A program made the translations under genes and the position numbers. Positions 1 through 9,821 of a stretch of DNA of 61,176 nucleotides are shown one piece after another (position 1 is the first letter of the stretch; every line of letters starts with the position of its first letter). The notes below the pieces were generated by a model. It searched no databases. It worked only from the letters and a program-made list of their open reading frames with translations, and had not been told where the DNA came from. The stretch comes from Pseudomonadota bacterium (GTDB taxonomy: Archaea; Thermoplasmatota; SW-10-69-26; JACQPN01; JAJPHT01), in contig JAJPHT010000010.1 of the NCBI GenBank assembly GCA_021325135.1, forward strand, positions 1 through 61,176. Direction: 5' to 3'.

Positions 1-267
1 ATCGAGGCCAAGCAGCCCAACTCGGCCATCCGCAAGTGCGTCAAGATCCAGCTCATCAAGAACGGCCGCCAGGTCACCGCGTTCGCGGTGGGCGACGGCG
101 CGATCAACTTCATCGACGAGCACGACGAGGTGCTCATCGAGGGCATCGGCGGGCGCATGGGCCGTTCCTACGGCGACATCCCCGGCGTGCGCTTCAAGGT
201 CATCCAGGTCAACGGCGTCTCGCTCGACGAGCTCGTCCGCGGCCGCAAGGAAAAGCCGATGCGGTGA
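1..267 (+). CDS. rps12: 30S ribosomal protein S12 (uS12), 5'-partial
   Basis: Frame 1 reads [28 protein letters not shown]...[10 protein letters not shown]...GRKEKPMR*, the archaeal uS12 signature; directly upstream of rps7. Confidence 0.97.
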   Translation: MEAKQPNSAIRKCVKIQLIKNGRQVTAFAVGDGAINFIDEHDEVLIEGIGGRMGRSYGDIPGVRFKVIQVNGVSLDELVRGRKEKPMR

Positions 268-271
268 TATC

Positions 272-940
272 ATGGCGGACGAAGAGAGCACCACCCAGCA
301 GATGGCCGAGGCCCCCCAGACCGAGTTCCAGACGGCGAAGGAGCTGGCCGCGAGCCGCAAGCCCAAGTACGCCGGCCCCAACCTTCTCCTCTTCGAGAAG
401 TACGACCTCAGCGAGGTCGCCGTGCAGGACCCTGGCCTCGTGCGCTACATCAACCTCCAGCCGATCCTCGTGCCCCACACGGGCGCGCGCCACGGCAACA
501 AGAGCTTCGCGAAGCACAAGATGAACGTCGTCGAGCGCCTCATCAACGAGCTGATGCGCAGCGAGACGTACACCGGCAAGAAGAACTCCGCGTTCCGCGC
601 GACGCGCGAGGCGTTCGAGATCATCGCGACCCGCACCAAGCAGAACCCCGTGCAGGTCCTGGTCACGGCGCTGGAGAACGCGGCGCCCCGCGAAGAGGTC
701 ACGCGCCTGCGCTACGGCGGCATCTCGGTCCCCAAGGCCGTGGACGTCGCCCCCGCGCGCCGCCTCGACCAGTCCATCCGCCGCATCGCCTCGGGCGCCG
801 TGGAGGCTTCGCACAAGTCGAAGAACTCCATCGCCCAGTGCCTCGCCGACGAGATCCTCAAGGCTTCCAAGAACGACATGAACAGCGTCGCCATTGCGAA
901 GAAAGAGGAGATCGAGCGCGTCGCGAAGTCGGCGCGCTGA
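272..940 (+). CDS. rps7: 30S ribosomal protein S7 (uS7)
   Basis: [37 protein letters not shown]-terminal [13 protein letters not shown]; GGTGA SD upstream. Confidence 0.97.
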   Translation: MADEESTTQQMAEAPQTEFQTAKELAASRKPKYAGPNLLLFEKYDLSEVAVQDPGLVRYINLQPILVPHTGARHGNKSFAKHKMNVVERLINELMRSETYTGKKNSAFRATREAFEIIATRTKQNPVQVLVTALENAAPREEVTRLRYGGISVPKAVDVAPARRLDQSIRRIASGAVEASHKSKNSIAQCLADEILKASKNDMNSVAIAKKEEIERVAKSAR

Positions 941-957
941 TCGGCCCACGACCCCGC

Positions 958-993
958 GCCGGGCGGCTTCCCGGCCTTCTTTTCTCGCTTCTT
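958..993 (+). terminator. Putative terminator after rps7
   Basis: GCCGGG-cggctt-CCCGGC hairpin followed by T-rich tract CTTCTTTTCTCGCTTCTT. Confidence 0.55.
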
Positions 994-1073
994 GTCGACC
1001 CGGGCAGCCCCGGCCTCGTCCGGGGACCGTAGGAGCCGCCTTTATCCGGGCGGGCCGCGGATGCAGGCATCGT

Positions 1074-1730
1074 ATGCTCGACGAGCGCTTCCTCACGCGG
1101 CTCTCGCAGGCGTTCCCCACCTTCCACGACCGGGTCGACGCCGAGGCGAAGGCCGAGGCGCAGCGGCTCCTCGCGCAGTCCGGCGGCGACGTGCAGCGCG
1201 CGCTGGTCCGGGCGCGCTTCGAGGGCGCGGCGCGGCTCTGGTGGCCCTACGTCAAGGGGAGCGTCCCCGTCGTGGGCGACGACCGCGGGGCCATGGAGGC
1301 GTTCACGCGCATCGTGCTCGCCGTGGACCACGTCCTGGGCCACCAGCCCCCCAGCATGGAGGCGGCGCGCGAGCAGGTCATCCAGGTGCTTCGCAGCAGC
1401 CTGGACGTGGAGCGGCTCTCGAAGCTCGCCGGGGGCGAAGGCCCGCAGGCGGGCAAGGGCGGCGCGGCCGCGGCCGGGCTCGTGGCCAGCGTGGCGGCGC
1501 TCTGGGCGCCCGTGTCCGCGGCGCGCCGCGTCGCCCGCGCGGCCCGCTGGCTCCCGCGGCCCGTGAAGTACGGCGTGGGCGCCCTCGTCCTCGCGACGCT
1601 GGCCTCCATCCCCATCGTCGCGGGCTTCTCCGCGGGCCGGCAGGCGGAGCGCGCCGCGCGCAGCCGCGGCATCCCCCCCACGCTGGAGGCGCCCGACGGC
1701 TCGCGGAGCTATCACGACGTCGCGGCGTGA
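1074..1730 (+). CDS. Hypothetical protein with C-terminal hydrophobic segment(s)
   Basis: MLDERFLTRL... with host-like codon usage; TTTATCC TATA-like box ~30 nt before ATG 1074. Confidence 0.7.
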   Translation: MLDERFLTRLSQAFPTFHDRVDAEAKAEAQRLLAQSGGDVQRALVRARFEGAARLWWPYVKGSVPVVGDDRGAMEAFTRIVLAVDHVLGHQPPSMEAAREQVIQVLRSSLDVERLSKLAGGEGPQAGKGGAAAAGLVASVAALWAPVSAARRVARAARWLPRPVKYGVGALVLATLASIPIVAGFSAGRQAERAARSRGIPPTLEAPDGSRSYHDVAA

Positions 1731-1776
1731 GGCTGATCCAGAACGCTCATCGACGCGCGGTGCGCAGGGAGGCGGC

Positions 1777-2277
1777 ATGCTGCTGCGCCCTTCCGCCGCG
1801 GCGGCGGGCCTCCTGGCGGTGCTCGCCTTCCTCCCCTTCGCCTGGGGCGTCACGCCTGACCGGGTGGACCCCCGCGCGTGCCACGAGGCGGCCGTGGAGG
1901 TCAAGCCCTTGGCGGAGCCCCCGCTGGAGCGCCCCTTCCGGACGCTTTGCGCGACACCGGAGTTCGCGCGGCTGATCGCGCGCTGGGGCCCGGACAACCT
2001 CACCGTCTCCGAGCAGGGGCACCGCGTGGGCGCAGGCGCGGCGCCCCTCAACGCGACGCGCGACGGGGGCGGGGCGCTCGTCCTCGACGGCGCGCAGTTC
2101 ACGCTGACGTGGATCGCGCCCTGCCAGGGGAGCGCGGAGCCGTGCGTCTTCGCGGAGTGGTGGACCGCGACGCTGCCCGGGGGCGCCCTCTCGGGGCCCT
2201 TCGGGGGAGAGGGCCACCCCCCGGGGACGTGGCATTTCGGCACGGCCATCGTCGAGCCGCCGCGCGGGAGCGCGTGA
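1777..2277 (+). CDS. Hypothetical exported or membrane-anchored protein
   Basis: N-terminal hydrophobic helix, GGAGG SD upstream, four Cys. Confidence 0.6.
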   Translation: MLLRPSAAAAGLLAVLAFLPFAWGVTPDRVDPRACHEAAVEVKPLAEPPLERPFRTLCATPEFARLIARWGPDNLTVSEQGHRVGAGAAPLNATRDGGGALVLDGAQFTLTWIAPCQGSAEPCVFAEWWTATLPGGALSGPFGGEGHPPGTWHFGTAIVEPPRGSA

Positions 2278-2345
2278 CGGATCCCCGTCGCAAGGGCTAA
2301 TACCCCCCGCCCGCAGAGCGGAAGGCCGGGTCGATCGCCCTGCAC

Positions 2346-2768
2346 GTGGACAAGTCCATCGACATCGCCGCGCCCCCCGAGCGCGTGTTCGCCTGGCTCC
2401 TTCCCGCGCGCCAGTCGCGCTGGGACCCCTCCGTCGAGCGCGCGGTCGCGCTCTCCGGCGCGCGCTTCGAGCGCGTGCTGCGCGCGCAGGGGCACCGCTT
2501 CGCCAGCGAGGCCGAGGCGACCGACGTGGAGGAGGACCGCCGCTTCGCGTGGCGCCAGGTTGCGGGCGACTTCGCGGAGCACCGCGGCGCGTTCGACCTC
2601 GCCCGCGTCCCGGGCGGCACGCGGCTGCGCCTCGTGGCGGACGTGGAGTACCCGTACCGCATGCCCAGCCTCGTAAGAGAGGACGACCTGAGGCGCGAGC
2701 TTTCCGACCGCCTCGACGAGGCGCTCTTCAACCTCAAGGCGCTGGCCGAGGCGCGCGGCGCCTCGTGA
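2346..2768 (+). CDS. SRPBCC (polyketide cyclase/dehydrase-like) family protein
   Basis: SIDIAAPPERVFAW start, GGTRL motif, C-terminal L..LKALAE helix. Confidence 0.85.
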   Translation: MDKSIDIAAPPERVFAWLLPARQSRWDPSVERAVALSGARFERVLRAQGHRFASEAEATDVEEDRRFAWRQVAGDFAEHRGAFDLARVPGGTRLRLVADVEYPYRMPSLVREDDLRRELSDRLDEALFNLKALAEARGAS

Positions 2769-2777
2769 GCGCGGGCC

Positions 2778-3872
2778 TCAGAGCCACGCGCCGGCGTGCT
2801 TGATCCGGCCCAACGTCTCCTTGTCGATGCGCACGCGGCTCGTGAGCGCAGCGCGCACGAGGAGGCTCGCCTCCAGGAGGCTGAGCAGGTGCTGGTCCTG
2901 CGGCGGGGCCGCGGCGCGCAGCTTGTTCACCGCGGCGCGGATCGCAAGCTCGCCCTCCTTCTGGAGCGCCTCCGACTCGCCCGGCTTCAGCCAGCGCGCG
3001 TGGAGCGCCACGAGCTTGGGGTTCTGGAGCGCGGTGAGGATGTCGGGGTCCATCTCGTCGATCATCCCCTTGGGCTTGGGGCCCTTGACGGTGGTGGCGG
3101 GGCCGGCGTGCTCGTCCTCGACCTCGTAGCGGCGCGGGCCCTTGGAGGCGCCGGCCGCGGCGCGCAGGGCCAGCTGGGTCGCGTCAAGCTCCGTGCGCCT
3201 GGCCTGGCCGCTCCCCTGCGCGCCCTGAAGGAGACGCTCCAGGATGGCGTCCAGCGTGGCGCGCAGCGCGGCCCACCCCTGCGGATCGGCGCGGATGCCT
3301 TCGCCGGTCTTGCGGAACTGGAGGCCGTGCAATTCCAGGTGCTGGTGCGCCAGCAGGCTGCGGTAGAGGGGCGCGGGGAGGCGCGGGTGGATGACGCGGA
3401 GGTTGCCCCCGTCCACGTCGGGGTAACGGTAGTCGAGACGCGCCAGAAGGTGGCGCGGCCCCGCGGGAAGCTCCTGCGCGACGCCCAGGAGCGTCACGGC
3501 GCGCGCGCCGTCGAGGCGCTGGTAGTGGTGGAACTCGATGGCGGGGGGCTTGTCCGGAAGGCGCAGCGGCGCGAGGTCCAGGTTCTTCCCCTGGAGGGCG
3601 GGCCGCAGGGGGAGCCAGCCGGGGCGCGCGCTGTCGTGGACGAGGTACTTGCCCAGGAGCGCGAGGCGCGCCTCCAGGTCCGCCTGGTGGATGGTGGCCT
3701 CCCACGGGGAGGCGATGGGGTGCTTGTCCTCGTGGGCGTCCAGGGGGTCCTCGTCGCCGAAGGCCTGCTCGTGGACGACGTAGCGGAGCCGCTTCTCGTC
3801 GGTCTCGATCCAGGCCTGGACGTCGTGCGTCCGGCCCTCGTCGACGTACCGCCACGCGCGGACCTTCGGCAT
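2778..3872 (-). CDS. Hypothetical protein (364 aa)
   Basis: MPKVRAWRYVDEG... normal globular composition and GC3-biased codons; no family recognised. Confidence 0.7.
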   Translation of the reverse strand: MPKVRAWRYVDEGRTHDVQAWIETDEKRLRYVVHEQAFGDEDPLDAHEDKHPIASPWEATIHQADLEARLALLGKYLVHDSARPGWLPLRPALQGKNLDLAPLRLPDKPPAIEFHHYQRLDGARAVTLLGVAQELPAGPRHLLARLDYRYPDVDGGNLRVIHPRLPAPLYRSLLAHQHLELHGLQFRKTGEGIRADPQGWAALRATLDAILERLLQGAQGSGQARRTELDATQLALRAAAGASKGPRRYEVEDEHAGPATTVKGPKPKGMIDEMDPDILTALQNPKLVALHARWLKPGESEALQKEGELAIRAAVNKLRAAAPPQDQHLLSLLEASLLVRAALTSRVRIDKETLGRIKHAGAWL

Positions 3873-3963
3873 CCGAAGCTCACTGGTCGTGCTCGCCCCA
3901 TGAACCTTGCCAGACCGCGCCCCGGCCGCGGGGGCTTTCCGAAGGGACCTTTTTCCCCCTTCC

Positions 3964-4731
3964 GTGGACAAGGACCACCCCCGCCTGGTGTCGCTGGTGC
4001 CCAGCTGGACGGAGACGCTCTTCGCCTTCGGCCTCGACCAGTCTGTCATCGGCGCCACGCGCTTCTGCGTGCACCCCAGGGAGCTCGTCGCCAAGGTCGA
4101 GAAGGTGGGGGGCACCAAGGACCCGGACGTCGCGCGCATCGTGGCGCTCCGGCCCGACCTCGTCGTGTGCGACCACGAGGAGCAGCGCCAGGAGGACGTG
4201 GAGGCCCTCCGCGCCGCCGGGCTTCAGGTCTGGCTCAGCGACGTGCGCAGCGTGGACGGCTCCCTGCGCGAGATCGCCTCCCTGGGCCGCGCGGTGGGGC
4301 GCGAGGACGCGGCCGCCGCCCTCGTGGAGCGCATCGAGGCCGCCCTGGCGGAGATCCGCCCCGCGGGCCCGCCCGTCCCGGTCTACTGCCCCATCTGGCG
4401 CCGGCCGTGGATGACGCCCACGCGCGACACGTACTCGCACCACGTCCTCGCGATGGCGGGGGCGCGCAACGTGTTCGCGGACGCACCGGGGCGCTATCCG
4501 GAGCGCGCGCCCGCGCAGGCGCGCGAGGCGGGCGCCACCGCGGCGCTCCTCCCCACCGAGCCCTACCCGTTCCACGAGAAGCTCGCCCTCGCGCGGGAGG
4601 AGCTGGTCGCGGCGGGCTTCGACCCGGCGCGCATCCTCGTGGTGGACGGCGAGGCGCTGACGTGGTACGGCGCTCGCGAGCCGGAGGGATTGCGCGCGGT
4701 GGCGGACGCGGTGGCGCGCCTTGGCCCCTAG
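3964..4731 (+). CDS. BtuF-like helical-backbone (cobalamin/Fe-siderophore) binding protein
   Basis: RLVSLVPSWTETLFAFG, VGGTKDPD, LRPDLVV, EPYPF, VDGE..WYG; start could be 3907. Confidence 0.85.
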   Translation: MDKDHPRLVSLVPSWTETLFAFGLDQSVIGATRFCVHPRELVAKVEKVGGTKDPDVARIVALRPDLVVCDHEEQRQEDVEALRAAGLQVWLSDVRSVDGSLREIASLGRAVGREDAAAALVERIEAALAEIRPAGPPVPVYCPIWRRPWMTPTRDTYSHHVLAMAGARNVFADAPGRYPERAPAQAREAGATAALLPTEPYPFHEKLALAREELVAAGFDPARILVVDGEALTWYGAREPEGLRAVADAVARLGP

Positions 4732-5753
4732 TCCTTGGAGCCTTCGCGCAGCGCGCTGGCGACGAACTCCTGCACGTAGGCCCCGATGACCACCAGCGCG
4801 AGGGCGCCCAGGATGCCCCACGCCCAGCTGTGGGGCTGGTCCTGCGCGATGGCCCACCCCAGGGGCACGCAGAGGCACGCGCTGAGCCAGCCCGTGAGGT
4901 GCATGCGGCGGGCGCGCAGCGTGAGGCGCCTCGTGGGCTGGCCGAAGGACTCCGAGAGCACGTGCCACGCGAGGACGCCGCCGGTCATGATGTCGACGAC
5001 GGGCGACCACCAGTAGTGGAACACGATGCCCAGGTCGCTCGTGGGCGGGCCGGTGGCGACGAGGGCCACGGTGGCGAGGAAGAACGCCATGAGGAGGTCG
5101 CGGATGGTGAAGACCCAGAAGAGGGCGCGCAGGTGCTTCTGCGCCCCGGGGCCCGAGGGCGCGCCGCGCAGCACGATCTCCGCGAAGGCGCGCGCCTTCT
5201 CCCGGGGGGTGCGCGCGCGGGGGTCCTTGGCGCGCCACACGGCGTGGCCCACCGCGGCGACCCCGTAGAGGAGGAGCGCGGCGGAGAGGACGAAGAGGAC
5301 GCGGTACGTCCCCGTGAGGTCCGCGCCGTAGGAGGCGTAGTCGCGGGGCGAGACGCCGACGATGAGGACGTCGGGCCGGAGCAAGAGGGCGCCGCCGCCC
5401 AGGAGGGCGAAGACGAAGCTTCCCGCCTGCACGGCGCGCGGCTTCAGCCAGCGCGTCAGCGGCGTGTCCAGCAGCGCGAGCATCATGACGTAGGGCGGGA
5501 CGAGGAAGAAGGCGGCCACGAAGCCCAGGAGCGTCGCGAGGTAGACGCCCCGCGGCGTCGTGAGCACGTGGACGAGCCCGTTGGCGAAGCCCCCGGCGAC
5601 GGCCTCCGCCAGCGTCACGCCCGCGACGATGAGGGGGAAGGGCCCCTCCAGCCACCTGCGCCACCACAGGAAGCCGATCCAGGCCGTGGTGAGGAGCCCC
5701 GCCGAGAGGACGACGAGGCCCGGGAAGGCCAGGAGCGTCACGTTGTTGGGCAC
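4728..5753 (-). CDS. Multi-pass membrane protein, unknown function
   Basis: About 8-9 hydrophobic segments. Confidence 0.7.
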   Translation of the reverse strand: MPNNVTLLAFPGLVVLSAGLLTTAWIGFLWWRRWLEGPFPLIVAGVTLAEAVAGGFANGLVHVLTTPRGVYLATLLGFVAAFFLVPPYVMMLALLDTPLTRWLKPRAVQAGSFVFALLGGGALLLRPDVLIVGVSPRDYASYGADLTGTYRVLFVLSAALLLYGVAAVGHAVWRAKDPRARTPREKARAFAEIVLRGAPSGPGAQKHLRALFWVFTIRDLLMAFFLATVALVATGPPTSDLGIVFHYWWSPVVDIMTGGVLAWHVLSESFGQPTRRLTLRARRMHLTGWLSACLCVPLGWAIAQDQPHSWAWGILGALALVVIGAYVQEFVASALREGSKD

Positions 5754-5802
5754 GCGGCGCTAACTCCGGAGGACGACAAAAGGGTTGGCGCCCCTCGCCC
5801 GG

Positions 5803-6645
5803 CTACGTGGTGATCCTTCCGTAGAGCCGCGCCGCGACGGCGATGAGGACGACGGCGACGCCCAGGAGGACGCCCACGTCGACGAGGAGGCTCACCGCGC
5901 CGGCGCCCGTGGCCAGCATCAATTCGCGCAGCGCGTCCACCATGTAGGTGAGCGGGTTCACGTAGGCGACCACCTGGAGCCAGCGCGGCATGGCGGCGAT
6001 GGGGTAGATGGCGTTGCTGGCGAAGAAGAGGGGCATGGTGATGACCTGCCCGATGCCCATGAAGCGCTCGCGCGTCTTCACGATGACCGCGACGAGCAGC
6101 GAGAGCGTGCTGAACACCGCGGCGCCCAGGAACACGATGGCGAGGACGCCCGCGATGCGCAGAGGATTGAACGAGAGCCCGACGCCCAGGAGCGCCGCCA
6201 GCGCGTAGATGATGAGCACCTGCGTGAGGCTCCGCATGCCGGCGCTCAGGGCCTTGCCCGCGACCAGCGCGCTGCGCGGCGTGGGGCTCGCCAGGAACTT
6301 CTGGAGGATGCCCAGGTCGCGCTCCCAGATGATGGCGATGCCGTAGAAGATCGCCACGAAGAGGACGCTCTGCGCCAGGATGCCCGGCGCCAGGAAGTCG
6401 AGATACCCCGTGGTCCCGGTGTCGATGGCGCGCATGTGCGCCATGACCTGGCCGAAGACCAGGAGCCAGAGCGCGGGCTGCACCGCGCGGGTGAACAGCT
6501 CGGTGGGGTCCTGGCGCATCTTCTGGGCCTCCATCCCCGCGATGGCCAGCGTCTTGGACACGTAGCGCCTCAGCGCCACGAAGGGGTTCGCCTCAGCCGA
6601 GGCGGCGTGCGGTGCGTCGAGCGCGGGCTGCGTCACGGAAGTCAC
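5803..6645 (-). CDS. ABC-2 type exporter permease (DrrB-like)
   Basis: YLDFLAPGILAQS, IIWERDLG, PLFFASNAIYP, NPLTYMVDALR. Confidence 0.92.
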   Translation of the reverse strand: MTSVTQPALDAPHAASAEANPFVALRRYVSKTLAIAGMEAQKMRQDPTELFTRAVQPALWLLVFGQVMAHMRAIDTGTTGYLDFLAPGILAQSVLFVAIFYGIAIIWERDLGILQKFLASPTPRSALVAGKALSAGMRSLTQVLIIYALAALLGVGLSFNPLRIAGVLAIVFLGAAVFSTLSLLVAVIVKTRERFMGIGQVITMPLFFASNAIYPIAAMPRWLQVVAYVNPLTYMVDALRELMLATGAGAVSLLVDVGVLLGVAVVLIAVAARLYGRITT

Positions 6646-7393
6646 CTCCGGATTCCAGGCTGTTGCCGGTGTAGTGGGCGAAGACGTCGTCCAGCGTGGC
6701 GCCGGGCTTCGCGACGGAGGCCTTCAGCTCTGCCGGAGTGCCCAGGGCGGCGATGCGCCCCTTGGCCATGATGGCGACGCGCTCGCAGAGGAGGTCGGCC
6801 TCCTCCATGTAGTGCGTGGTGAGGATGACGGTCATGCCGTGCTCCGCGCGCAGCCTCCGGATGTGCTCCCACACGGCGGCGCGCGCCACGGGGTCCAGCC
6901 CCACGGTGGGCTCGTCGAGGAAGAGCACCTGAGGCTCGTGGAGGATGGACTGCGCGATCTCCAGGCGCCGCACCATGCCGCCCGAGTAGGTCTTCGCGGA
7001 GCGGTCCGCGGCCTCGCCCAGCCCCATGAAGTCCAGCGCGTCGGAGATGCGCTCCTCCCGCTGCGCGCGCGGGATGTCGTAGAGCTTCGCGAAGATCTCC
7101 AGGTTCTGCCGCCCCGTGAGGCTGCCATCCGCGCTGAGCACCTGCGGCACGTAGCCGATGGCGCGGCGCACGGCGGGCGCGTCACGGATGATATCATGGC
7201 CCGCGACGCGGGCGTGCCCCTCGGTGGGCGGCAGCAGCGTCGTGAGCATCTTGATGGCGGTGGTCTTGCCCGCGCCGTTGGGGCCCAGGAGGCCGAACGC
7301 CTCGCCTTCGGGGATGGCGAGGTCGAGGCGGTCCACCGCGAGCACGTCGCCGAATCGGCGCGTGAGGGCGCGGGTCTCCACGGCGAGGCTCAC
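6593..7393 (-). CDS. ABC exporter ATP-binding protein (DrrA-like)
   Basis: Walker A GPNGAGKTT, YSGGM signature, LFLDEPTVGLD, TTHYMEEA; GTG start overlaps MarR stop. Confidence 0.93.
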   Translation of the reverse strand: MSLAVETRALTRRFGDVLAVDRLDLAIPEGEAFGLLGPNGAGKTTAIKMLTTLLPPTEGHARVAGHDIIRDAPAVRRAIGYVPQVLSADGSLTGRQNLEIFAKLYDIPRAQREERISDALDFMGLGEAADRSAKTYSGGMVRRLEIAQSILHEPQVLFLDEPTVGLDPVARAAVWEHIRRLRAEHGMTVILTTHYMEEADLLCERVAIMAKGRIAALGTPAELKASVAKPGATLDDVFAHYTGNSLESGGDFRDAARARRTARRLG

Positions 7394-7836
7394 GCGCGCG
7401 CCCCCTTGCCAAGCACGCGGTGGAGGACCCTCAGGCCCGAGGCCAGCGCGTCGCGGTCCTCGCGGGGCAGGCCCGAGAGGCGCTCCGCCATCCAGCGGCG
7501 CGTGCCCTCGCGCGCCTTGCGCCACGAGGCGAGGGCCTGGGGGCTGACGCGCAGCGCGACCTGGCGGCGGTCGTCCTCGCCCTGCTCGCGCTCCACGAGG
7601 CCGCGGTCCACCAGCGTCTGCACGAGCTTGGAGGCGGCGGGGCGGCTGAGCCCCAGGTGGTCCGCCAGCGCGGAGAGCGTCGCGCCCTCGTGCCGGCCGA
7701 CGTAGCCCAGCGCGCGGAACTGCGCCACCGTGAGGTCGGGCGAGCGGCCCGCGCGCATCGTCTCGCGGATCTCCGCCATGGCGGGCGGGATCGACTCCAG
7801 GAGCAGGCCCGCAAGCTCCTCGTCCGTGAGCGCCAC
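7390..7836 (-). CDS. MarR family transcriptional regulator
   Basis: LTVAQFRAL...LSALADHLGLSRPAASKLVQTLVDRGLVER...DDRRQV, C-terminal part of ORF 7390..9795. Confidence 0.9.
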   Translation of the reverse strand: MALTDEELAGLLLESIPPAMAEIRETMRAGRSPDLTVAQFRALGYVGRHEGATLSALADHLGLSRPAASKLVQTLVDRGLVEREQGEDDRRQVALRVSPQALASWRKAREGTRRWMAERLSGLPREDRDALASGLRVLHRVLGKGARA

Positions 7837-7848
7837 GGCTCCCCCAGG

Positions 7849-7883
7849 TAGTTTCCGGGAGAAATGGTTTCCGACGGAAACTA
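7849..7883. promoter_or_regulatory. Putative tandem MarR operators between divergent ABC operons
   Basis: Perfect palindrome GTTTCCG-A-CGGAAAC (7867-7881) plus imperfect adjacent copy GTTTCCGGGAGAAAT (7851-7865). Confidence 0.65.
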
Positions 7884-7911
7884 TTTGGGGGCAGGCAGCC
7901 TCAGGCGCGCC

Positions 7912-8916
7912 ATGGACGCCCCCGCCGCGGTGGAGGTCACGGGCCTCAGCAAGACGTTCGAGAAGGTCAAGGCCGTCCAGGACGTCTCCTTCTCCGTGCG
8001 CAAGGGCGAGGTCTTCGCCTTCCTCGGCCCCAACGGGGCAGGCAAGAGCACGACCATCAAGATGCTCTGCACGCTGCTGCGCCCCACCGCGGGCACGGCC
8101 GCCGTCGGGGGCCACGACGTGCGCGACGAGCCCCGCGCGGTGCGCCGCGCCATCGGCCTCGTCTTCCAGGAGCGCACGCTGGACGACCAGCTCACCGCCG
8201 AGGAGAACCTCCGCTTCCACGCGGTGCTCTACGGCGTCCCCGCCGCGGAGCTTGACGCGCGCATCGACCGCGTGCTGAAGCTCGTGGACCTCGCCGATCG
8301 GCGCAAGGACCTCGTCTCCACCTTCTCGGGCGGGATGGCGCGCCGCCTGGAGGTCGCCCGCGCGCTCCTCCACGCGCCCGAGGTGCTCTTCCTGGACGAG
8401 CCCACCGTGGGCCTCGACCCGCAGACCCGCGCCAAGATGTGGAAGGACGTCATGCGCCTGCGCGACGAGGAGGGGGTCACGATCTTCATGACGACGCACT
8501 ACATGGACGAGGCCGAGTACGCGGACCGCATCGCCATCATCGACCACGGGAAGATCGTGGCGCTGGACACGCCGGCCAACCTCAAGGCCGCCGTCGGGCT
8601 CGACACCATCCGCCTCGCCACCTCCGACGACAAGGCCGCCGCCGAGCAGCTCGCCAAGGCGGGCTACGACGCCAAGGTGGGCGAGAAGGGGGGCGTCGTG
8701 CTGCGCGTCAAGGACGGCGAGGGCGCCGTCGCGGACGTGGTGGTCCGCGCGGGCGTCGCCATCCGCAACGTGAGCGTCCACCGGCCCAGCCTCGACGACG
8801 TGTTCCTCCACTTCACCGGCCACGAGATCCGGCCCGACGAGGGGCCCGGCATGTCCGCCATGGCGCGGGCGTGGATGGGCGCCCGGATGGGCGGCGGCCG
8901 CATGGGGGGGCGCTGA
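7912..8916 (+). CDS. ABC exporter ATP-binding protein (DrrA-like)
   Basis: GPNGAGKST, FSGGM, LFLDEPTVGLD, C-terminal RPSLDDVFLHFTG. Confidence 0.93.
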   Translation: MDAPAAVEVTGLSKTFEKVKAVQDVSFSVRKGEVFAFLGPNGAGKSTTIKMLCTLLRPTAGTAAVGGHDVRDEPRAVRRAIGLVFQERTLDDQLTAEENLRFHAVLYGVPAAELDARIDRVLKLVDLADRRKDLVSTFSGGMARRLEVARALLHAPEVLFLDEPTVGLDPQTRAKMWKDVMRLRDEEGVTIFMTTHYMDEAEYADRIAIIDHGKIVALDTPANLKAAVGLDTIRLATSDDKAAAEQLAKAGYDAKVGEKGGVVLRVKDGEGAVADVVVRAGVAIRNVSVHRPSLDDVFLHFTGHEIRPDEGPGMSAMARAWMGARMGGGRMGGR

Positions 8917-9783
8917 ATGGCGACCGCCATGGGCGACGCGCACGCCCGCGACGCGGGCAACGCCATGCACCTGGGCAGCGAGCTTCGCACGGCCGGCATG
9001 GTCGCGCGCCGCGAGCTGATCCGCTTCACGCGCAACCGGACGCGCATGATCGGCGGCCTCGTGCAGCCGCTCCTCTTCCTCCTCGTCTTCGGCTACGGCC
9101 TGGGCTCGCTGGTGGGCTCCACGGGCGGGCTGGACTACAAGAAGTTCATCTTCCCGGGCTCCCTCGCCATGAGCGTCGTCACCACGAGCATCTTCGGCGC
9201 CATCAGCATCGTGTGGGACCGCGAGTTCGGCTTCCTGCGCGAGATGCTCGTCGCCCCCGTCTCCCGCGCCAGCATCCTCCTGGGCAAGACCATCGGGGGC
9301 GCCGTCGTCGCGACGTTCCAGGGCGTGATCATGCTCCTCTTCGCGCCCATCGTCGGCCTCACGCTCACGCCGATCCTCGTCGTCCAGGTGCTGCTCCTCT
9401 GCTTCCTCATCGCGTTCGCGCTGACGAGCTTCGGCGTCTTCATCGCGAGCCGCATGAAGAAGATGGAGGCGTTCCAGAGCGTCATGCAGTTCCTCCTCTT
9501 CCCCATGATCTTCCTCTCGGGCGCGCAGTTCCCGCTCTCGGGTCTCCCCTCCTGGCTCGCCGTCGTGACGCGCCTCGACCCCCTCACCTACGCGGTGGAC
9601 CCGCTGCGGCGCATCATCCTGGGCGCGCAAGGCGTCCCCGCGGAGGCCATCGCGCGCTTCGGCGGCAACGGCGTCCAGGTCTTCGGCTACACGCTCGCCG
9701 TCTGGCAGGAGCTTGCCGCCGTCGCCGCCTTCGCGGTCGTCTTCCTCGCGCTGGCCATCTGGGCCTTCTCCAAGCCCGAGTGA
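8917..9783 (+). CDS. ABC-2 type exporter permease
   Basis: IVWDREFGFLREMLVAP, PMIFLSGAQFP, DPLTYAVD. Confidence 0.92.
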   Translation: MATAMGDAHARDAGNAMHLGSELRTAGMVARRELIRFTRNRTRMIGGLVQPLLFLLVFGYGLGSLVGSTGGLDYKKFIFPGSLAMSVVTTSIFGAISIVWDREFGFLREMLVAPVSRASILLGKTIGGAVVATFQGVIMLLFAPIVGLTLTPILVVQVLLLCFLIAFALTSFGVFIASRMKKMEAFQSVMQFLLFPMIFLSGAQFPLSGLPSWLAVVTRLDPLTYAVDPLRRIILGAQGVPAEAIARFGGNGVQVFGYTLAVWQELAAVAAFAVVFLALAIWAFSKPE

Positions 9784-9821
9784 GCAAGGCCTCAAGCACG
9801 AGGCGCCCCCCTGGGGGATGC

